A DNA stretch of 64,000 nt, taken from NCBI GenBank assembly GCA_002269645.1, contig NIVC01002238.1, positions 1 to 64,000 on the forward strand, given 5' to 3'. This document shows, piece after piece, positions 54,797-64,000 of the stretch. Origin of the DNA: Macrostomum lignano (Eukaryota). The notes under the pieces are model-generated. The model was not told the origin of the DNA, did not search any database, and saw only the letters and a program-made list of their open reading frames with translations. The translations under genes were made by a program, and so were the position numbers. Position 1 is the first letter of the stretch, and the number at the start of each line of letters is the position of its first letter.

Positions 54797-57700
54797 ATGC
54801 GAGCAGAAGACGCCGGCCTCGCCGCCGCCTGCGCCTTCGCTGCTGCGGTCCTGCTGGCCGCCGCGGCCGCCGCTCTGTGGCTTCTCAGGCTTCGCCGACA
54901 ACGAAAGCCGACAGTCCACATCGGGGAGGCGTCAGCAGTGACGACCGAAGTCGCCGGCCAGCTGGTGAAGCCGCAGCCGACGCCCTGCGTTGAGACCAGC
55001 ATCGCCGAGGTGCAGCCGGAGTCGCTCGCTGCTGTCGGTCCGTTTCAATTTGACTTCGACTTCGACCAGCTACAGCTTGGCAACCAGTTTCATTTGAATG
55101 TCATGGAGAGGCTGCAGCTTGTGCAGCCTGCGGATGGTGAGCAGCACCTGTGCCTTCTAGCACACCTGTCCCTTCTAGCACACCTGTCCCTTCTAGCACA
55201 CCTGTCCCTTCTAGCACACCTGTCCCTTCTAGCACACCTGTCCCTTCTAGCACACCTGTCCCTTCTAGCACACCTGTCCCTTCTAGCACACCTGTCCCTT
55301 CTAGCACACCTGTCCCTTCTAGCACAGCCTGTCCCTTCTAGCACACCTGTCCCTTCTAGCACACCTGTTCCTTCTAGCACACCTGTCCCTTCTAGCACAC
55401 CTGTCCCTTCTAGCACACCTGTCCCTTCTAGCACACCTGTCCCTTCTAGCACACCTGTCCCTTCTAGCACACCTGTCCCTTCTAGCACACCTGTCCCTTC
55501 TAGCACACCTGTCCCTTCTAGCACACCTGTCCCTTCTAGCACACCTGTCCCTTCTAGCACACCTTGCCCTTCTAGCACACCTGTCCCTTCTAGCACACCT
55601 GTCCCTTCTAGCACACCTTGTCCCTTCTAGCACACCCTGTCCCTTCTAGCACACCTTGTCCCTTCTAGCACACCTGTCCCTTCTAGCACACCTGTTCCTT
55701 CTAGCACACCTGTCCCTTCTAGCACACCTGTTCCTTCTAGCACACCTGTCCCTTCTAGCACACCTGTCCCCTCTAGCACACCTTGCCCTTCTAGCACACC
55801 TGTCCCTTCTAGCACACCTGTCCCTTCTAGCACACCTGTCCCCTCTAGCACACCTGTCCCTTCTAGCACACCCTGTCCCTTCTAGCGCACCCTGTCCGTT
55901 CTAGCGCACCATGTCCCTTCTAGCGCACCTGTTCCTTCTAGCACACCTGTCCCTTCTAGCACACCTGTCCGTTCTAGCACACCTTGCCCTTCTAGCACAC
56001 CCTGTTCCTTCTAGCACATCTTGCCCTTCTAGCACACCTGTCCCTTCTAGCACACCTTGCCCTTCTAGCACACCTGTCCCTTCTAGCACACCTGTCCCTT
56101 CTAGCACAGCCTGTCCCTTCTAGCACACCTGTCCCTTCTAGCACACCTGTTCCTTCTAGCACACCTGTCCCTTCTAGCACACCTGTCCCTTCTAGCACAC
56201 CTGTCCCTTCTAGCACACCTGTCCCTTCTAGCACACCTGTCCCTTCTAGCACACCTGTCCCCTCTAGCACACCTTGCCCTTCTAGCACACCTGTCCCTTC
56301 TAGCACACCTGTTCCTTCTAGCACACCTGTCCCTTCTAGCACACCTGTCCCTTCTAGCACATCTTGCCCTTCTAGCACACCTGTCCCTTCTAGCACATCT
56401 TGCCCTTCTAGCACACCTGTCCCTTCTAGCACATCTTGCCCTTCTAGCACACCTGTTCCTTCTAGCACACCTTGCCCTTCTAGCACACCTGTTCATTCTA
56501 GCACACCTGTTCCTTCTAGCACACCTGTTCCTTCTAGCACACCCTGTCCCTTCTAGCACACCTGTCCCTTCTAGCACACCTGTCCCTTCTAGCACACCTG
56601 TCCCTTCTAGCACACCTTGCCCTTCTAGCACACCTGTCCCTTCTAGCACACCTGTTCCTTCTAGCACACCTGTCCCTTCTAGCACACCTGTCCCTTCTAG
56701 CACATCTTGCCCTTCTAGCACACCTGTTCCTTCTAGCACACCTTGCCCTTCTAGCACACCTGTTCATTTTAGCACACCTGTTCCTTCTAGCACACCTTGC
56801 CCTTCTAGCACACCTGTTCATTCTAGCACACCTGTTCCTTCTAGCACACCTGTTCCTTCTAGCACACCCTGTCCCTTCTAGCACACCTGTCCCTTCTAGC
56901 ACACCTGTCCCTTCTAGCACACCTGTCCCTTCTAGCACACCTTGCCCTTCTAGCACACCTGTCCCTTCTAGCACACCTGTCCCTTCTAGCACACCTTGCC
57001 CTTCTAGCACACCCTGTTCCTTCTAATACACCTTAAAGTTCCTTAGAGTCTGCTAGCACTTCATCGGTGCCTTCTAACGGCCTGTTTTAGTCAACTGAGC
57101 ATGAACGCTTCACTTTTTCCGACCCCTATAGCGCCTTTGTGTATTTTTCTGCCAAATTTTTTCTTTCCTGCTTTCAAAGTTCGAACTAGCGGCTTCCCCT
57201 AGGCGAGCTATTTTGCCAAATTAAGTAGGCGGAACTCTTTCGAAACAGCCAATTAACCGCGTTGGAATGAGGGCCCGTCCGCGTACCTGTAAGCTAAGCC
57301 CCTGCCTTGACACGCATGAGCCACTCAGAGCTTGTTAAGACCCCGTATTGTTGGGTCCTTAATCAGGGGGCTATCAGTCAACTTATTATCTGGCTTAGTG
57401 AATGCGGTGCTACTACTGAAAATGGCTGCTTAGATAGTAGTGAGTACAGTTTTTTAAGCATTAGATAATTCGTAACTGAAGTTACAAAGCAAGATGTTCT
57501 GAATTTCATAAGTTAAATCCCCCATCAGACCAGGCTGGCTGCCATCCCACACCCATTCCCCAATCAGACCAGACTGGCTGCCATCCCACACCCATTCCCC
57601 AACCAGACCATACTGGCTGCCATCCCACACCCATTCCCCAGTCAGACCAGACTGGCTGCCATCCCACACCCATTCCCCAACCAGACCATACTGGCTGCCA

Positions 57701-59847
57701 TCCCACACCCATTCCCCAGTCAGACCAGACTGGCTGCCATCCCACACCCATTCCCCAACCAGACCAGACTGGCTGCCATCCCACACCCATTCCCCAGTCA
57801 GACCAGACTGGCTGCCATCCCACACCCATTCCCCAATCAGATTAGACTGGCTGCCATCCCACACCCATTCCCCAACCAGACCATACTGGCTGCCATCCCA
57901 CACCCATTCCCCAGTCAGACCAGACTGGCTGCCATCCCACACCCATTCCCCAACCAGACCATACTGGCTGCCATCCCACACCTTTGCAGGTCCGTGCGGG
58001 CCAGCAGACTGGCTGCTGCTGCTGTTTGTACAGAGCAACCCGGCGGAGCGGATGTACAGCATCGGCATCGTGAAGGCACGGCCGTGCCTCAGCCAGGAGC
58101 AGGTCGGGGAGCCCGAGGAGGCTGGCGAGCAGCAGCACAGCAGCTACCAGTGCCGCCTGGTGGTCACCTTTGACGGTCCGTGCCGCCTCAAGAGCGAGGA
58201 GCTCAGCACGGCGGCATCGCCAGCTCACAACTGGTGCACCGCTTCGGGCGCCCCCACGGTGTTCCGAATTTCCGACTGCCCCGTTGGAGTTGTGAAACCC
58301 AAAATCCAGCTGGAGCTGCTGCGAATTGTTGCTATGGCAACCGATGAGTCGGTTGACAATCGGAATTCTGGGACTGGAAGCTGCGAGCGAGGTTACGGTG
58401 CGATCAAAGCATTTTACTGAAATTAACAGAAATTAGCTCAGCACATTAACTAAAATTAGCTCAGCACATTAACTAAAATTAGCTTATAGTACGCGCTTGT
58501 AATAGCAAGAGTTAGCTCAGATTCATTAGCAACAGTTAGCTCAGATTCATTAGCAACAATTAGCCCAGATTCATTAGCAACAATTAGCCCAGATTCATTA
58601 GCAACAATTAGTTCAGATTCATTAGCAACAATTAGCTCAGATTCATTAGCAACAATTAGCTCAGATTCATTAGCAACAATTAGCTCAGATTCATTAGCAA
58701 CAATTAGCCCAGATTCATTAGCAACAATTAGCCCAGATTCATTAGCAACAATTAGCCCAGATTCATTAGCAACAATTAGCCCAGATTCATTAGCAACAAT
58801 TAGCCCAGATTCATTAGCAACAATTAGCCCAGATTCATTAGCAACAATTAGTTCAGATTCATTAGCAACAATTAGCTCAGATTCATTAGCAACAATTAGC
58901 TCAGATTCATTAGCAACAATTAGCTCAGATTCATTAGCAACAGTTAGCTCAGATTCATTAGCAACAGTTAGCCCAGATTCATTAGCAAAAATTAGCTCAG
59001 ATTCATTAGCAACAATTAGCCCAGATTCATTAGCAACAATTAGCTCAGATTCATTAGCAACAATTAGCTCAGATTCATTAGCAACAATTAGCCCAGATTC
59101 ATTAGCAACAATTAGCTCAGATTCATTAGCAACAATTAGCTCAGATTCATTAGCCATTACGGACATGCCAAAATAACATACCAAACTGATGTTTTAGCCA
59201 AAGACAGAGGTCGCAAGCTCGATTCCGCAGCTGACAGCAACAGCAGCAGCAGGAAGGGCAGCAGCGTCATCGTCCTGGGCACCGGCCTGGTCCAGCCCGA
59301 CCTTCAAGGAGCTCACCGCCTATGCATGTGGAAGCGCCTGGAGCGGCCAGTCAGCTGTCCGCCCGAAAGCCGCGGCCGAATCCTGCTGGAGACGACGCCG
59401 ACGGCCGCGGCAGAGGGTGAACGGCTGGACCTCTTCGTGCGCCTTCTGGAGTGCACCGCCCTACCGCTGCCGCAGGAGTCCGGACGCCTCTACAGCTGCA
59501 GGGTCGCCATCCGCCTGCGCCTGACGCCTGGAGGCCGCTGCGTCAAGCTGCGCAAGTGGCCGCCCGTTCCGCCGCAGTGTCCGGCGGCGGCGTCAATCGG
59601 GAATTTCCGGTGGTCGCACAAAGCCGTCAGGTTTCCCCTGCCGGCCGCGTCGCTGACCGAAGCGCGACTGGAGATCGCCGTGGAACTCGGCAGTCCGGAA
59701 AGTCTGCCGCGACTGCCGTGGCAGCCCGCCGGCTCCCTGCTGCTCACCTGGAGAGCCGATCGGCCCGACTGCGCCTCGGTCTGGCGCCAACTGCTGGCGC
59801 CTGGCGCTGTCGGACTGACGCGAGGAATACAACTTCAGCTGGACTAA
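54797..59847 (+). CDS. Divergent synaptotagmin-like protein (TM-C2A-C2B); join(54797..55136,57990..58391,59198..59847), 463 aa
   Basis: N-terminal anchor [24 protein letters not shown] followed by RLRRQRK; C2A-like strands ([31 protein letters not shown]); C2B aligns by eye to synaptotagmin C2B ([52 protein letters not shown]). Both introns phase 1; 1392 nt. Confidence 0.75.
55143..57030. repeat. 18-bp minisatellite (CCTTCTAGCACACCTGTC) in synaptotagmin-like intron 1
   Basis: About 100 copies, starting a few nt after the donor. Confidence 0.97.
57520..57982. repeat. 39-bp minisatellite ending at the exon 2 acceptor
   Basis: CCATCCCACACCCATTCCCCAACCAGACCAGACTGGCTG, about 12 copies. Confidence 0.95.
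58500..59155. repeat. 24-bp minisatellite (AGATTCATTAGCAACAATTAGCTC) in synaptotagmin-like intron 2
   Basis: About 27 copies. Confidence 0.96.
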
Positions 59848-59849
59848 CA

Positions 59850-59876
59850 GTCTGTCTGTCTGTCTGTCTGTCTTAG

Positions 59877-59907
<31 letters not shown>

Positions 59908-59932
59908 GTGTCTGTCTGTCTGTCAGAGTGTG

Positions 59933-60031
<99 letters not shown>

Positions 60032-60056
60032 GTGTCTGTCTGTCTGTCAGAGTGTG

Positions 60057-60152
<96 letters not shown>
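59850..60152. repeat. (GTCT)n microsatellite immediately after the stop codon
   Basis: TAA CA GTCTGTCT.. Confidence 0.96.
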
Positions 60153-60771
60153 ACCCATACAGTTGCTCCTAATAAAACACCACAGCTGTTATTGCACAAT
60201 AGAATAACTGACTAATTTTCCTTTCAGTTAAAATTTAAAAACACGAATCTTACTACTGATAAAGAAAACAAGCCTCTTTTTCAAGACATTTTGTTTCGAT
60301 ATTTTACAATCTGCAGAAAGTCAAAAACTCAGTTCCCTCTGTTTCTGACTGAGAAAAGCAATCACCAATCGGCAGAACTCCATGATTCACTCAAAAATAA
60401 TTGCCTCATCATTGTTACGCAATCAATTTGCCGCAATTTCAGCGCGGCACGCGGACTAAAAAGTGAGACAGACGACCGTGGCCGTCCATTTTGATTATGG
60501 AATTCGCTGTGGAGTTCGGGCGAGCGTAGCTGCTGGTGAGCAAGGCTTCCTTAGAGATTTCCGCGGGGCGTGCGGGCTCAGCTACTAATCTGTACTGACG
60601 TTTCTGTGGCGTTATTTGTGGAGCGCATCGCGAGCAATAATTCTCTGCCGCTCTCTCTCTCTCTCTCTCTGTGTGTGTCTAAATCTATCCATGAAAGTTT
60701 TGGCTGAAATGCTGTTTCTATTTACATATTTGACTGCCAAAGCAATTTTATTATTGGCGAGCTTCGCTGTG

Positions 60772-60965
60772 GCCCAGCAACTGAGGATCTGGGAGGCTTG
60801 CCCAGCAACTGAGGATCTGGGAGGCTGGCCCAACAACTGAGGATCTGGGAGGCTGGCCCAGCAACTGGGGATCTGTGAGGCTTGCCCAGCAACTGAGGAT
60901 CTGGGAGGCTTGCCTAGAAACTGAGGATCTGGGAGGCTGGCCCAACAACTGAGGATCTGGGAGGG
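60772..60965 (+). repeat. 28-bp dispersed minisatellite, locus 4
   Basis: About 7 copies, ending GGGAGGGTGGCGGTG. Confidence 0.93.
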
Positions 60966-61639
60966 TGGCGGTGTGAGACTGGGACAGCCCAGTCTAATGT
61001 AAATTAGCCTAAGGGAAAATGGCATTACAGTTTTAATCATTCTTATTCAAGTCGGCAAGACTCCAGTCCAAGATTTGCTCAAGGTTGTCTGTCCATCCGT
61101 CGCAGCCTTCTCATCTAAAATTCCCTTAGCTTTTTGCGGCAATTTAATTTAGCAAATTATTGAATCAGTTTATCGCTGCCGGCTCTTGCCACCCACCTCA
61201 GTGAGCTGAGCCGGCTGTGATCCTCGTGGGCGGTCGCTTCCTTCTCTTATGCAAATTTTATTGCACCGCAGTTCAGCCTCTCTGTGTATATATATATAGT
61301 CAGTCAGGGGACGGAAGAAAAGCCAGCCATGGTCTCAACAAGTGCCACTCTCTAACCATAGTATTGAGGCTGCTCGCTAAAAATGGGAAGTTTTTGTTGG
61401 GAAGGGATTATTAATGCTGCCGCCGCCACCCACCGCCCCGACAACGCGGTGACATGAAGCGTATGACTGGCTGACTTGGCAGGGTGTTCATCGATCCAAT
61501 CGGGGCCAGCCTCTTAGAGTACAATAGGGTTAAGAATGCATGGAAAAATGAAGAATGCCGCTGTAGCAGAAAGCCGATGATGGCTGGGGATGAAAGAAAG
61601 AGAAAACTGAAACTGTGGGACAGCGGAATGGAGAGATGA

Positions 61640-61940
61640 AAGAGAAAGGGAGAGGAATGACAGGGGAGAAGGGAGACAGGGGAGAGGGGAGAGAGGGGAG
61701 AAGGGAGACAGGGAGAGGGGAGACAGGGGAGAGGGGGGGACAAGGGAGAGAAGAGAGAGGAGACAGGGGTGAGAAGAGAGGGGAGACAGGGGTGAGAAGA
61801 GAGGGGAGACAGGGGAGAGGGTGGACAAGGGAGAAAAGAGAGGGGAGACAGGGGTGAGAAGAGAGGAGGAGACAGGGGTTAGAGGAGAGAGGGGAGGTAG
61901 GGAAGAGATCGGAGAGACGGGGGCCATAGGAGAGAGGAGA
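61640..61940. repeat. Purine-rich GA low-complexity tract
   Basis: GGGGAGA/GAGAG repeats. Confidence 0.85.
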
Positions 61941-61967
61941 ACAGAAGATATAGCCAGGTTGCCGAAA

Positions 61968-64000
61968 TTGACAGTAAACTGACAGTTAACAGAATGGACA
62001 GCAAATGGACAGCATATTGACAGTAAACTGACAGTGAATTGACAGTGAATTGACAGTAGATTGACAGTGAATTGACAGTAGATTGACTGTGAATTGACAG
62101 TAGATTGACAGTAGATTGACAGTGAATTGACAGTAGATTGACAGTAGATTGACAGTGAATTGACAGTAGATTGACAGTAGATTGACAGTGAATTGACAGT
62201 AGATTGACAGTGAATTGACAGTAGATTGACAGTAGATTGACAGTAGATTGACAGTAGATTGACAGTAGATTGACAGTGAATTGACAGTAGATTGACAGTA
62301 GATTGACAGTAGATTGACAGTAGATTGACAGTAGATTGACAGTGAATTGACAGTAGATTGACAGTAGATTGATAGTGAATTGACAGTGAATTGACAGTAG
62401 ATTGACAGTAGATTGACAGTGAATTGACAGTAGATTGACAGTAGATTGACAGTGAATTGACAGTAGATTGACAGTAGATTGATAGTGAATTGACAGTGAA
62501 TTGACAGTGAATTGACAGTAGATTGACAGTGAATTGACAGTAGATTGACAGTAGATTGACAGTGAATTGACAGTGAATTGACAGTAGATTGACAGTAGAT
62601 TGACAGTAGATTGACAGTGAATTGACAGTAGATTGACAGCATATTGACAGTAAACTGACAGTGAATTGACAGTAGATTGACAGTAGATTGACAGTAGATT
62701 GACAGTAGATTGACAGTGAATTGACAGTAGATTGACAGTAGATTGACAGTGAATTGACAGTAGATTGACAGTAGATTGATAGTGAATTGACAGTGAATTG
62801 ACAGTGAATTGACAGTAGATTGACAGTAGATTGACAGTAGATTGACAGTGAATTGACAGTAGATTGACAGTAGATTGACAGTGAATTGACAGTAGATTGA
62901 CAGTAGATTGACAGTAGATTGATAGTGAATTGACAGTGAATTGACAGTGAATTGACAGTAGATTGACAGTAGATTGACAGTGAATTGACAGTAGATTGAC
63001 AGTAGATTGATAGTGAATTGACAGTGAATTGACAGTGAATTGACAGTAGATTGACAGTGAATTGACAGTGAATTGACAGTAGATTGACAGTAGATTGACA
63101 GTAGATTGACAGTAGATTGACAGTGAATTGACAGTAGATTGACAGTAGATTGACAGTGAATTGACAGTGAATTGACAGTAGATTGACAGTAGATTGACAG
63201 TAGATTGACAGTGAATTGACAGTAGATTGACAGCATATTGACAGTAAACTGACAGTGAATTGACAGTAGATTGACAGTAGATTGACAGTAGATTGACAGT
63301 AGATTGACATGAATTGACAGTAGATTGACAGTAGATTGACAGTGAATTGACAGTGAATTGACAGTAGATTGACAGTAGATTGACAGTAGATTGACAGTAG
63401 ATTGACAGTGAATTGACAGTGAATTTACAGTAGATTGACAGTAGATTGACAGTAGATTGACAGTAGATTGACAGTGAATTGACAGTAGATTGACAGTAGA
63501 TTGACAGTGAATTGACAGTAGATTGACAGTAGATTGATAGTGAATTGACAGTGAATTGACAGTGAATTGACAGTAGATTGACAGTAGATTGACAGTGAAT
63601 TGACAGTAGATTGACAGTAGATTGATAGTGAATTGACAGTGAATTGACAGTGAATTGACAGTAGATTGACAGTGAATTGACAGTGAATTGACAGTAGATT
63701 GACAGTAGATTGACAGTAGATTGACAGTAGATTGACAGTGAATTGACAGTAGATTGACAGTAGATTGACAGTGAATTGACAGTGAATTGACAGTAGATTG
63801 ACAGTAGATTGACAGTAGATTGACAGTAGATTGACAGTGAATTGACAGTAGATTGACAGTAGATTGACAGTGAATTGACAGTGAATTGACAGTAGATTGA
63901 CAGTAGATTGACAGTAGATTGACAGTAGATTGACAGTGAATTGACAGTGAATTGACAGTAGATTGACAGTAGATTGACAGTAGATTGACAGTAGATTGAC
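61968..64000. repeat. 11-bp minisatellite, two interleaved variants (TTGACAGTAGA / TTGACAGTGAA), runs off the window
   Basis: About 185 copies. Confidence 0.97.

Noticed and set aside
60478-60540. GC-rich segment ending in CTG|GTGAGC, possible first exon
   Set aside because: No ATG-initiated open frame reaching the donor and no downstream partner exon found.
61968-64000. TTGACA as bacterial -35 boxes
   Set aside because: Eukaryotic context, no -10 elements; simply the repeat unit.

Overview
Eukaryotic (animal) genomic DNA, not prokaryotic: GC-rich exons with polyQ/polyA tracts, GT-AG introns, and a different minisatellite in almost every intron. The style resembles the flatworm Macrostomum (inference from composition only). 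Five spliced genes were assembled by hand with consistent intron phases: (1) NELF-A, minus, 5 exons, 1533-9885; (2) SBF/MTMR5-13 (DENN-GRAM-pseudophosphatase-C1-PH), plus, 18 core exons plus 3 candidate cassette exons, 10765-41456, head-to-head with NELF-A; (3) an ABCG half-transporter, minus, 9 exons, 44159-50195; (4) a 93-aa secreted prepropeptide absent from the ORF track, minus, 2 exons, 53494-53844, ending KR-CRLNDYRACPIG-stop, i.e. a vasopressin/oxytocin-like C-P-x-G tail on an enlarged disulfide ring, placed at the C-terminus with no neurophysin; (5) head-to-head with it, a divergent, probably Ca2+-independent synaptotagmin-like TM-C2A-C2B gene, plus, 3 exons, 54797-59847. Also a tRNA-derived CORE-like SINE, two MITEs with 8-bp target-site duplications, a dispersed 28-bp minisatellite at four loci, and about 30 tandem arrays. 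Most long ORFs in the supplied track are translations of these arrays. The neuropeptide gene and its divergent pairing with the synaptotagmin-like gene is the top finding.
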